Shown here: piece by piece, positions 18,938-27,247 of the stretch
Layout of the letters: each line of letters begins with the position of its first letter
Numbering within the stretch: the first letter of the stretch is position 1
Assembly: GCA_963783305.1 (NCBI GenBank)
Contig: CAWAMW010000017.1
Span: 192,001-256,000 of the forward strand
Reading direction: 5' to 3'
Source of the DNA: an uncultured Gemmatimonadales bacterium
Lineage (GTDB): Bacteria > Gemmatimonadota > Gemmatimonadetes > Longimicrobiales > RSA9
Length of the DNA: 64,000 nt
The notes under the pieces: generated by a model
Told to the model about the DNA's origin: nothing
What the model saw: the letters and a program-made list of their open reading frames with translations, nothing else
The model's database searches: none
Made by a program: the position numbers and the translations under genes

Positions 18938-19354
18938 TCAACCCCCCGCGTATTCCACGTAGTTGCGCGGCGTCTCCCACAGGACCAGCCGCACCAGCTC
19001 CACCTCACCCGGGAGCTCCGTCACCAGTCGGCCCCAGATCGCCACCACCAGGTTCTCCGTAGTGGGATTCTGACCGCCGAGCCACTCCACGTCCAGATTC
19101 AGATTCCGGTGATCGACGTCCCCCAGCACCCGCTCCTCCACGAGCGCCTTCAGATCCTTGAGGTCCAGAACGAACCCCGTCTCCCCGTCTACCTCGCCCT
19201 CCACCGTCACATCCAGCTCGTAGTTGTGGCCGTGCCAGTTCGGGTTCGAGCAGTCCCCGAAGACCGCCGCGTTCCGCTCAGCACTCCACTCGGCGAGACC
19301 CAGTCGATGCGCCGCCGCGAAGTGTACCCGCCGCGTTACCCGGACCCTCGGCAT
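18938..19354 (-). CDS. 6-pyruvoyl-tetrahydropterin synthase, PTPS-II type
   Basis: FAAAHRL, C-X5-HGH ([11 protein letters not shown]), [20 protein letters not shown]. Confidence 0.85.
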   Translation of the reverse strand: MPRVRVTRRVHFAAAHRLGLAEWSAERNAAVFGDCSNPNWHGHNYELDVTVEGEVDGETGFVLDLKDLKALVEERVLGDVDHRNLNLDVEWLGGQNPTTENLVVAIWGRLVTELPGEVELVRLVLWETPRNYVEYAGG

Positions 19355-19386
19355 TCGCCACCTCCACCTCGCCACAGGAAACGATG

Positions 19387-19421
19387 AAAGGGCCGGTCCG
19401 CGACGCATCGCAGACCGGCCC
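19387..19421 (-). terminator. Intrinsic terminator downstream of the 6S-like RNA
   Basis: Minus strand GGGCCGGTCTGCGA-TGCG-TCGCGGACCGGCCC followed by TTTC. Confidence 0.6.
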
Positions 19422-19426
19422 AGTCG

Positions 19427-19575
19427 GCACACCGAAGGGTATATTTGAAGCCCAGTCGTTAATAACTGGTGACCTCCCCGCGCCTTCCGTCTTCCCTCTC
19501 GGGCCTGACGTCCGGCACAGAAGTGAGTCCCTGCTTCTGTAGTGTCGGCTCAAATGACGGCCCTTCAGTGCACCG
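19427..19575 (-). ncRNA. ssrS: Probable 6S RNA
   Basis: Rod-like fold: GCACTGAAGGG...ATTTGAGCC pairs with GGCTTCAAAT...CCCTTCGGTGT, central bubble with A-rich strand, inner GGGACTC/GAGGTC; own promoter and terminator. At ~150 nt it is short for 6S. Confidence 0.7.
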
Positions 19576-19582
19576 CACCTAC

Positions 19583-19611
19583 AAGATCACCAATGGGCCC
19601 CAGTGAGTCAA
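19583..19611 (-). promoter_or_regulatory. Sigma70-type promoter for the 6S-like RNA
   Basis: TTGACT-N17-GATCTT on the minus strand. Confidence 0.55.
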
Positions 19612-19626
19612 CCGGCGCGGAAGCCC

Positions 19627-19673
19627 ACAAAAGACGAACGGCCGCTGCCTAAGCAACGACCGTCCGCCTTTGT
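19627..19673 (-). terminator. Intrinsic terminator
   Basis: Minus strand AAAGGCGGACGGTCGTTGC-TTAG-GCAGCGGCCGTTCGTCTTTT; 19-bp stem whose G-U pairs only work on the minus strand. Confidence 0.7.
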
Positions 19674-19724
19674 CCGCGGCGCTCTCCCCGGTTATCCCGC
19701 CGCCGCGTCCAACCTTCTTGTGCC
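19627..19724 (-). ncRNA. Candidate ~100-nt sigma54-dependent small RNA
   Basis: Lies between a GG-N10-GC element and an intrinsic terminator; internal CGCGGCG/CGCCGCG stem; no credible ORF. Confidence 0.45.
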
Positions 19725-19734
19725 CGTTCTTCAG

Positions 19735-19749
19735 GCAGGATCGAGTCCA
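19735..19749 (-). promoter_or_regulatory. Sigma54-type promoter
   Basis: Minus strand TGGACTCGATCCTGC = GG-N10-GC; 17 bp from palindrome copy 3. Confidence 0.45.
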
Positions 19750-19766
19750 GCGCGGGCACGATACGG

Positions 19767-19791
19767 AAACTCGTTGCAGGACAACCACTTA
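19767..19791. promoter_or_regulatory. 25-bp palindrome, copy 3
   Basis: AAACTCGTTG-CAGGA-CAACCACTTA. Confidence 0.6.
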
Positions 19792-19937
19792 CCCCATGCC
19801 AGCGCGCAGGCACGGTCCGTGACAGTCGATACTATTTGCCGGGTTCCGCGCCATTTTTTCCGCCCCCGTCGGCCCCAGAAGGACGCGAGCGGGAATCGGA
19901 GCGCACAACCTGAGGGATCCTGATCCGGCAGCGACTG

Positions 19938-20103
19938 CCGGGGGGAAATGGGATACCGATGGCCGCCGGCACGGCGCTGGGCGGATTCACCCCGGTATCC
20001 GGGGGGAAACGGGATACCGATCGCCGCCGGCACGGCGCTGGGCGGATTCACCCCGGTATCCGAAGGAAAACGGGATGCCGGCGCCGCCGGCACGGCGCCG
20101 GGC
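19938..20103. repeat. Tandem 61-bp repeat, ~2.7 copies
   Basis: Units start at 19938, 19999 and 20060 (CCGGGGGGAAAYGGGATACCGAT...GGCACGGCGCTGGGCGGATTCACCCCGGTAT). Confidence 0.9.
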
Positions 20104-20180
20104 AAAAAGCCGGGAGATGCCCCGGGGTTGATTCGCCGCGGTCGCGCCGGAGTCGCGCCGCTCGCGTCGCCCCCCGGCCG

Positions 20181-21077
20181 CTATTTCCGCCGGTAGGAGC
20201 GGAGCAGGGCGAGGTTGGCGCGGTCGGCTGCAACGGCATCGTCGCCCTTGGGAGTCTCGATGGCCTTCGGCACATGGGCGAGACGGGGCTCGTTCATGAT
20301 GGCGCGGAAGATCTCGTCGCCAATGGAGCCCTCGCCGATGGCCGCGTGACGGTCGCGGTGGCTGCCGAAGGGAGTCAGGGAGTCGTTCAGGTGGAGGAAC
20401 CGGAGGTGCTGGAGTCCGACGGTGTGATCGAATCGATCGAGCACGGCTTCCAGGTCGCGGAGGTCGTGGCCGGCGGCCCACACGTGGCAGCTGTCGAGGC
20501 AGACGCCGACGCGGTCCGGGTGGCGTGCGCCCACGAGCGTGACGAGGGTCGCGAGCTCCTCGAACGTGGAGCCCAGGGCGGTACCACTGCCGGCGGTGCC
20601 TTCGAGGAGGACGCGAACTCGGCCCGGAACCGCGTCGAGTGCGCGGCTGATGGATTCGGCGTTCTGTCGCAGGCCCCGGTCGGGATCGCCGTCGGTCGCG
20701 TTCCCCGGATGAGAGACGAGGAAATCGAGGCCGAGGGCCTCGCAGCGACGGACTTCGGTGGTAAAGGAGTCCAGCGAGCGCTCCAGGAGCGACGGATCGG
20801 GCGTGGCCAGGTTGATCAGGTAGGAGTCGTGGGCGGCGCTGGTGCATATGCCGTGCTCCTCCATGGCCGAGCGGAAGGCGGCGACCTCCTCCTCCTCCAC
20901 GTCCCGCTCGCGCCAGCGGTTGGGCTGCTTGGTGAAGATCTGGAGCACCGCGGCGCCGAGCTCGGCGGCCCGACCGGGGGCGTTGGGCGTCCCTCCAGCG
21001 GTGGAGACGTGCGCCCCCAGCTCGTCAACGATCCGCTCCGCCATCTGCTTCGTTCCGTGATCCGTGTCGGTCCGCAT
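20181..21077 (-). CDS. nfo: Endonuclease IV (AP endonuclease)
   Basis: LGAHVSTAGG, HDSYLINLA, HPG, LLEGTAG, DSCH, HLNDS, DRHAAIGEG, ETP. Confidence 0.95.
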   Translation of the reverse strand: MRTDTDHGTKQMAERIVDELGAHVSTAGGTPNAPGRAAELGAAVLQIFTKQPNRWRERDVEEEEVAAFRSAMEEHGICTSAAHDSYLINLATPDPSLLERSLDSFTTEVRRCEALGLDFLVSHPGNATDGDPDRGLRQNAESISRALDAVPGRVRVLLEGTAGSGTALGSTFEELATLVTLVGARHPDRVGVCLDSCHVWAAGHDLRDLEAVLDRFDHTVGLQHLRFLHLNDSLTPFGSHRDRHAAIGEGSIGDEIFRAIMNEPRLAHVPKAIETPKGDDAVAADRANLALLRSYRRK

Positions 21078-21125
21078 CTTGCCTCCTTCGACCGTGAATA
21101 GGGAGGCAGCAACAACGGGTGTCAA

Positions 21126-21644
21126 ATGCTACTGGTACTGTATTTCTTCATCGTGGTCGCGCTACCGCTGGCGCTGGGCTCCTACGTCGTTTTCAACGGC
21201 CTGCCGCGCTCACGGGCGTGCCCCGTGTGCGCGTCTGAGACGCTCCGGATCCAGTCGGTGCCCCACGCGCTGGCCAGTCGAGTGCTGCGGCGGAGCCTCC
21301 ATAGCCGCTGGTGCATGAGCTGCGGCTGGCGCGGCGCCATTGTGGACCGCGGCCGAGCGGTCGTGCCCCCCGTCCGGGTCGCCTCCGATCGTCGGGCCGC
21401 CGCGCCCCAGCCGGACCGGGTGGACCTGCGGACCCTCGAGGTCGATGGTCACCCGTGGCGCGTGATGCTCGAGTGCTGGGCCGAGGGCGGCCGCTGGCTC
21501 GCCCGGCTGGTGTTCGTGGCGCCCGGCGGACAGGTGTGCGCGGACCAGAGTTCCCTGGAGGGCGACTCCGTGCTCGAAGTGATCTCGCAGGCCTTCCGTC
21601 TGCCCGAGCAGACGCTGGCCGGCCGACTGCGGTCCATCCGATAA
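21126..21644 (+). CDS. Hypothetical membrane-anchored zinc-ribbon protein
   Basis: N-terminal TM, CPVC...CMSC. Confidence 0.7.
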   Translation: MLLVLYFFIVVALPLALGSYVVFNGLPRSRACPVCASETLRIQSVPHALASRVLRRSLHSRWCMSCGWRGAIVDRGRAVVPPVRVASDRRAAAPQPDRVDLRTLEVDGHPWRVMLECWAEGGRWLARLVFVAPGGQVCADQSSLEGDSVLEVISQAFRLPEQTLAGRLRSIR

Positions 21645-21652
21645 CGCGCGTC

Positions 21653-22516
21653 ATGACAGAAATTTACGGGCCCGAGCCGGGCTCCCCGCCACCGCTGGTC
21701 TCCACTTCCGATCTGGCCGGACTCTCCGCCAGCGATGTGGAGGGGACCCCGGTGGGGGAGCTGGTCGGCGCGCTTTCGGAGGAGCGGACCGGCCTGATTC
21801 GCTATCTGGATGTCTCCATCCGGGATGCGGGGAAGCACGTGCTGGTGCCCATCGGACACGCGCGTATCGATCGCGAGTCGGTGCCGCCACGGGTGCGGCT
21901 GCGTGCAGCGACGCACGGGGACCTCCTCTCCGTCCCGGAGTTCGTGGAGGACGAGACCCCCGTAGACGCCGAGTATCAGCAGGCTGTCATGGGAGTTCAC
22001 GGCCGCCTCTTCTACGGCGCCCGCTACTACGCCCACCCCGCCTACGACCACTCCGCACTGCACGTGGGGGACGTACCCGTCGTGGGGACAGCCGCACCCG
22101 CCGAGGAGGAAGGGCTCCGGGCGCTTTCGGAGACCGGGGCTCTCGCGCTCTCGCGGCGCGGCCCCGACCTGTCCGGCTGGGAGGTGGTGGACGAGGACGG
22201 CGAGACCGTCGGCGCTCTGCGGGACTTCCTCGTGGACCCCTCGGCCGCACGCGTGCGCTACGCCATCCTGGACCTCGCGTCCCCGGAGCGGTCGACGGCG
22301 CTTCCCATCGGCTATCTCGTCATCGATGAAGAGGCCCGGAGGGCACGTGTGCCGGCGCTCACCGTGGAGGACATCGGGCTGCTCCCGCCGTACGAGCCGC
22401 CTCTCACGCGTGAGGAGGAGAACAGACTGCACGCCGCGATCGAGGGCCGGCTCACGGGCGAGCGCTACTTCGATCGCCCAGACTTCTGGAGACCGAACGC
22501 ACGAGAGCTGGACTAG
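21653..22516 (+). CDS. Tandem PRC-barrel domain protein
   Basis: Two repeats: G..VG.L...IRYLDV...VLVPIG and GWEVVDEDGETVG...RYAIL...LPIG. Confidence 0.8.
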   Translation: MTEIYGPEPGSPPPLVSTSDLAGLSASDVEGTPVGELVGALSEERTGLIRYLDVSIRDAGKHVLVPIGHARIDRESVPPRVRLRAATHGDLLSVPEFVEDETPVDAEYQQAVMGVHGRLFYGARYYAHPAYDHSALHVGDVPVVGTAAPAEEEGLRALSETGALALSRRGPDLSGWEVVDEDGETVGALRDFLVDPSAARVRYAILDLASPERSTALPIGYLVIDEEARRARVPALTVEDIGLLPPYEPPLTREEENRLHAAIEGRLTGERYFDRPDFWRPNARELD

Positions 22517-23199
22517 AGCAGCACCTTCCCCGGCCCGGGCGGCGTTTCCCACGCGTCGAATCGCTCGGCCACCTCGAGATCGTGCGGGCGCCCCGCGCGT
22601 CGCAGCCGATCGAGGAGCCATTCCTCCTGCGGCCACCCCACGCGCTGGCGGTGGAATGCGGCCAGCTCGAGCACGATATCCAGGTGTGGCTCCACATCCA
22701 CCACCGCCTCGGGCAGCGCGGAGTGCTCACCCCGGAGCGTGAAGACCGGGGCGGGCTCACGATGGGGTGAGTCGGGGGCGGTCACCCGGCCCAGCCGCGC
22801 CAGCGTGATGGCATCGCGCACGATCTGGCCGGTCGCCTGGTGATCGGGATGACGCATGCCTCGCGACCACGCCTCACCCCACGTGATGACGGCGTCCGGC
22901 TGGATCTGAGCGATCGCCCGGGCCACCTCGCGGGCCGCCTCGGGCGTTGCGTGTACGCGCGTGTCCGGAAAAGAGAGGAACCGGTACTCGGCGTCCAGGA
23001 TCTCCGCCGCGCCGCGACCCTGCTCCATGCGGGTTTCTATCACTGCCTCAGTGCTCATCCCGCCGTAGATCTCCGTCATCTCTCCACGCGTGAGCCAGAG
23101 CAGGACCACTCGGTCACCCGCCGCCCGGTGGGCCGCCACGGTGCCGGCGCAGCCCACCTCGTCGTCGGGGTGGGTCAGGGCCACGAGTATCGTCTTCAC
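22513..23199 (-). CDS. PIG-L/LmbE family deacetylase
   Basis: THPDDE, LTRGEM and HPDH motifs; GTG start. Confidence 0.9.
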   Translation of the reverse strand: MKTILVALTHPDDEVGCAGTVAAHRAAGDRVVLLWLTRGEMTEIYGGMSTEAVIETRMEQGRGAAEILDAEYRFLSFPDTRVHATPEAAREVARAIAQIQPDAVITWGEAWSRGMRHPDHQATGQIVRDAITLARLGRVTAPDSPHREPAPVFTLRGEHSALPEAVVDVEPHLDIVLELAAFHRQRVGWPQEEWLLDRLRRAGRPHDLEVAERFDAWETPPGPGKVLL

Positions 23200-23249
23200 A
23201 TCCGCTCCCGGTTGACGGCGCGCCTCCACATGGTCATCATCGGCGCGCC

Positions 23250-23645
23250 ATGGAACTGTTACTGTCACTCGCCTGCGAGGACGCCAACGCGCGTCCTGAC
23301 GGAAGACTCGACTTCATCGGGGTCTTCGACGAATTGAACGCCCCCGGCTTCCCCGCGGCGCAGGACCGCATGACAGTGGTCTTCATCATGGAATGGGCGG
23401 CGGGGCAGGAGGGGCGGCAGCAGTTCACCGCCGACCTCGTGGATGCCGACGACCAGAAGGTCCTGACCATTGAGGGCCATACGGACGTGGCACAGCCGAA
23501 CGGCGCCGCGCGCGCGAAGACCCGGCTCATCATGCCGCTCGAACGCGTGGTATTCCCCCACGAGGGCGCGTACCGCTTCATCCTGACCGTCGCAGACACC
23601 CGGACCACCGCCTTTTCGCTGGTGGTCACCGAACGTCCGGACTGA
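23250..23645 (+). CDS. Hypothetical protein (DUF6941-like)
   Basis: ACEDANARPDGRLDFIGVFDEL ... FPHEGAYRF. Confidence 0.7.
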   Translation: MELLLSLACEDANARPDGRLDFIGVFDELNAPGFPAAQDRMTVVFIMEWAAGQEGRQQFTADLVDADDQKVLTIEGHTDVAQPNGAARAKTRLIMPLERVVFPHEGAYRFILTVADTRTTAFSLVVTERPD

Positions 23646-23720
23646 CACGGACCCCGCCCGCCAGAGACGGGTAGTAGGCCCCACGCAAGGGAATCACCGC
23701 TGGACACCTTCGGAGGCCGA

Positions 23721-24131
23721 GTGGGGGAATCGCAACCAACGTCGCGGGAGACCGTACGCGTTCTGGCCGCCTTGTCGGACGAGAACCGCTTCCGGATCGT
23801 GGAGCTCCTCGCGACGGAGCAGCAGGAGCTGACGTGCGGCGCCATCAGCACGGCGCTCGACATGTCCCCATCGCTCCTCTCCCACCATCTCGGGATCCTG
23901 GCGGACGCCGGGATCATCGGCCGTCGGAAGAACGGGCTCTGGACCATGAACGTGCTCCAGCAGGCTGTCATCGAGCGGCAGGTGGAGACGCTCCAGTCGC
24001 TGATCCGCTCGGGCAACGGGCACTCCGAGGCGCTGATCCGGCTGCACCGCGACTCCGAGACCGGCACCCACCCGGCGCCACCGCACCTCGGCGATGCCCC
24101 CGAATGCGACGAGGCCATCGCCGGCTCCTGA
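23721..24131 (+). CDS. ArsR/SmtB family transcriptional regulator
   Basis: ALSDENRFRIVELL, ELTCGAI, SLLSHHLGILADAGII. Confidence 0.85.
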   Translation: MGESQPTSRETVRVLAALSDENRFRIVELLATEQQELTCGAISTALDMSPSLLSHHLGILADAGIIGRRKNGLWTMNVLQQAVIERQVETLQSLIRSGNGHSEALIRLHRDSETGTHPAPPHLGDAPECDEAIAGS

Positions 24132-24173
24132 CGAGCCCCGCTCACCTCACTCCGACGGCACCGTCCGCCGCCG

Positions 24174-25556
24174 TCATGATCCCGGGATCCCCGGTTCCGT
24201 CATCGACCGGGCGTCCAGCACCCGATCCAGCTCTTCGGCGGGCAGGACGTCCTTTTCCCGCGCCAGCTCCCGCACCGTCTTTCCTTCCCTGAACGCCTCT
24301 TTCGCGAGCGCGGCCGCTGCGTCGTAGCCGATGTGGGGCGCCAGTGCGGTGCCGAGCGAGAGGTTGCCCTCGAGCAGCTCCCTGATCCGCTCCTCGTTCG
24401 CCGTGATCCCGTCCACGCACTTGTCCGCCAGAACCTGCGACGCATTGGCGAGGATCCGGATGGACTGCAGGAGCGCCTGGGCCATGACCGGCATCATGAG
24501 GTTCAGCTCGAAGTAGCCCCCGGTTCCCGCCACCGTGATGGTGGTGTGATTGCCCATCACCTGCGCCGCGACCATGGTCACCGCTTCCGGGATCACCGGG
24601 TTCACTTTCCCGGGCATGATGCTGGACCCGGGCTGCGTGGACGGCAGCGTGATCTCGGCCAGACCCGCCCGCGGGCCGCTTCCGAGCCACCGGATGTCGT
24701 TAGCGATCTTCATGAGCGAGACCGCCAGAGTGTTCAGCGCGCCGTGGGCGAACACCACCGTGTCGCGCGTCGCCTGGCGCTCGAAATGATTGCTCGCTTC
24801 CACGAAGTCCAGCCCCGTCGCGTCCGCCAGCCGCGCGATGGTGCGGGCGGCGAACTCCGGGTGCGTGTTGATCCCCGTACCTACGGCCGTGCCCCCGAGC
24901 GGGAGCTCGCGCATGTCCGCCATCGCCTCCCGTACGCGGCGGATCCCGTGCTCGATCTGACTCGCGAAGCCCGCGAACTCCTGCCCCAGCCGGACGGGTG
25001 TGGCGTCCATCAGGTGCGTCCGGCCACTCTTCACCAGCCCGTCGAACTCCCGGGCCTTCCGCTCGAGCGCTGCCTTCAGCGCCTCCAGCGACGGGATCAG
25101 CTCCTGAGCCATCGCCACCGTGGCCGCCAGCTGCATGGCCGTGGGGATCGTGTCGTTCGATGACTGGCCGTTGTTCACATGATCGTTCGGATGGACCTCG
25201 TCGCCCAGCCGCCGGCTCGCCAGTGTCGCGATCACCTCGTTCGCGTTCATGTTCGTCGAGGTGCCGCTCCCCGTCTGGAAGATGTCGATGGGAAAGTGAG
25301 GGTCGTGCTCCCCCTCGATCACCTCCTGCGCCGCCTCGACGATCGCCGCCGCACGCGCCTCATCGAGGAGCCCCAGCTCCGCGTTCGTCCGGGCCGCCGC
25401 CTTCTTGATCATCCCCATGGCCGCGATGAACCCGCGCGGGAACCGCAGGTCGCTGATCGGGAAGTTCTCCACGGCCCGCTGCGTCTGCGCCGCGTACAGC
25501 GCGTCCGCCGGCACCCTCATCTCTCCCAGCGAGTCCTTTTCGATCCGATATTCCAT
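24174..25556 (-). CDS. fumC: Fumarate hydratase class II
   Basis: [32 protein letters not shown]. Confidence 0.93.
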   Translation of the reverse strand: MEYRIEKDSLGEMRVPADALYAAQTQRAVENFPISDLRFPRGFIAAMGMIKKAAARTNAELGLLDEARAAAIVEAAQEVIEGEHDPHFPIDIFQTGSGTSTNMNANEVIATLASRRLGDEVHPNDHVNNGQSSNDTIPTAMQLAATVAMAQELIPSLEALKAALERKAREFDGLVKSGRTHLMDATPVRLGQEFAGFASQIEHGIRRVREAMADMRELPLGGTAVGTGINTHPEFAARTIARLADATGLDFVEASNHFERQATRDTVVFAHGALNTLAVSLMKIANDIRWLGSGPRAGLAEITLPSTQPGSSIMPGKVNPVIPEAVTMVAAQVMGNHTTITVAGTGGYFELNLMMPVMAQALLQSIRILANASQVLADKCVDGITANEERIRELLEGNLSLGTALAPHIGYDAAAALAKEAFREGKTVRELAREKDVLPAEELDRVLDARSMTEPGIPGS

Positions 25557-25615
25557 CTTTCCCCTTCAGGTTGTTCCGTGAGCGAAGTGCGCCCCGAGAG
25601 CGGAGCGAGCCCTCC

Positions 25616-26317
25616 CTACTTCTTCGGCGGCCGGCTCGGCCGGACCTCGATCCTGCTGGGCAGCGTCCGATCCGGAGTGGCCAGGAGATCCAGTACGATC
25701 TGCCCGAGGTCCTCCGGCTGGATCTTCCACTCGGCGTCCCCAGAGCTGAACCCGGGCGTGGCCACGCTCCCCGGCATGATGTAGCTGACGCGTATGTCGT
25801 CGTGACGCACCTCCTGCATGAGCGCCTCGCTGAACCCGATCAGCGCGAACTTGCTCGCGTTGTACGCCGCGCCGCCCGGAAACGCATTCTTCCCGGCCAG
25901 GCTGCCGATGTTGATGATCCAGCCGCCTCCCCGCTCCTTCAGCCGCGGGATCGCCGCGCGCGAGCAGTAGAAGACGCCGTTCACGTTCGTGCGCTGGACC
26001 CGGTCCCACTCGTCCACCGACAGCTCCGCCACCGGCTTGAAGATCCCCACTCCCGCGTTGTTCACCAGGATGTCGAGTCCACCGAACGCGTCCACCGCCG
26101 TAGCGACCAGCGCCTCGCAGTCCCCGGCGCTGCCCACATCGCAGACGACCCCGCGGGCGTTCTCCCCAAGCTCGTCGGCTGCACGCTCCACCTCCTCCGC
26201 CGTGCGGGCCCCCACGACCACGCGGGCCCCCTGTCCGATGAGCGCCTCCGCGATCGCGCGACCGATCCCCTTCGTTCCCCCGGTGACCACCGCAACCTTG
26301 CCGTTCAATGCCGACAT
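25616..26317 (-). CDS. SDR family oxidoreductase
   Basis: TGGTKGIG, NNAG, YNASK. Confidence 0.9.
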   Translation of the reverse strand: MSALNGKVAVVTGGTKGIGRAIAEALIGQGARVVVGARTAEEVERAADELGENARGVVCDVGSAGDCEALVATAVDAFGGLDILVNNAGVGIFKPVAELSVDEWDRVQRTNVNGVFYCSRAAIPRLKERGGGWIINIGSLAGKNAFPGGAAYNASKFALIGFSEALMQEVRHDDIRVSYIMPGSVATPGFSSGDAEWKIQPEDLGQIVLDLLATPDRTLPSRIEVRPSRPPKK

Positions 26318-26502
26318 CCTCTTCCTTTCCGCTCTGTGACCATGCTCCCCCCGGGACCGCGCCGCAGGGGCCGTACCGCGACGCGCCCGAGCGTCCGCTC
26401 CTGCGCCCTCGGAGCTCGCTGCGTAGCCGAGGATCGCCGCGGGATCCAGGGGTGTGCCCACCTTGATTGCTCCCCCCAGCCGTCGCCCCTTACGTTTCCG
26501 CC

Positions 26503-27231
26503 ATGAACCTCGACAACAGCGTGGCACTGGTGACCGGCGGGGCCCACCGCGTGGGACGCGCGCTCGTCCTGGCGCTGGCCCGCGCCGGCGCTGACATCGC
26601 GCTCCACTACCACGGCTCGGAAGAGGCAGCGGAGCGAACGGCCGGGGAAGTGGAGGCCCTGGGGCGCCGGTGCGTCCGGTTGCCCGCGGATCTGGCCGAT
26701 GCGGAGCAGGCGGCGGCGCTGGCCGGCAGGGCGGTGGAGTCGCTCGGTCGCCTGGACGTGCTGGTAAACAACGCCGCCCTCTTCGAGTCCGCGTCGTTCC
26801 TGGAGGTCACAGCCGCGGACTGGGACCGCGTCATGGCTGTCAACGTGCGCGCCCCCTTCCTCCTCCTCCAGGCAACCGCACCCCACCTCGCCGCATCGAA
26901 AGGGGTGGCGGTCAACATCGCCAATGTCTCCGGGCTACGGCCCTGGCCGGCGTTTCCGCACCACAGCGTGTCGAAGGCGGCGCTGGTCCACCTGACGAAG
27001 GTGGCCGCCCGCGCGCTGGCGCCGGACGTGCGCGTGAACTGCATCGTCCCGGGAGCCGTGATGCCGCCGGAGGACTATACAGAAGCACAGCTGCGGGAGA
27101 GCCGCGATCGCACCGTGTTGGGCCGGATCGGCTCGCCGGACGACGTGGTCGAAGCGCTCCTGCTCCTGGTGCGATCGGAGTTCGCCACCGGGTCCGTGAT
27201 CGTCGTGGACGGTGGAAGGATGCTGAAGTAA
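26503..27231 (+). CDS. Pteridine reductase-like SDR (FolM/PTR1 type)
   Basis: TGGAHRVG (Arg in the Gly-rich loop), LHYHGS, NNAA; HSVSK in place of YxxxK. Confidence 0.75.
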   Translation: MNLDNSVALVTGGAHRVGRALVLALARAGADIALHYHGSEEAAERTAGEVEALGRRCVRLPADLADAEQAAALAGRAVESLGRLDVLVNNAALFESASFLEVTAADWDRVMAVNVRAPFLLLQATAPHLAASKGVAVNIANVSGLRPWPAFPHHSVSKAALVHLTKVAARALAPDVRVNCIVPGAVMPPEDYTEAQLRESRDRTVLGRIGSPDDVVEALLLLVRSEFATGSVIVVDGGRMLK

Positions 27232-27247
27232 CGGTGTAGAAGGCAGC

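Noticed and set aside
19420..19790. tmRNA or tRNA
   Set aside because: There are no GGGG...TCCACCA ends, no T-loop GTTCGA and no tag reading frame; a 6S-like rod fits better.
19808..19823. Divergent sigma54 site on the + side of palindrome copy 3 (AGGCACGGTCCGTGAC)
   Set aside because: The -24 element is good, but -12 reads GA rather than GC and there is no downstream gene on the + strand.
19938..20103. CRISPR array
   Set aside because: The units are near-identical over their full length with no unique spacers, and no cas genes are present in the window.
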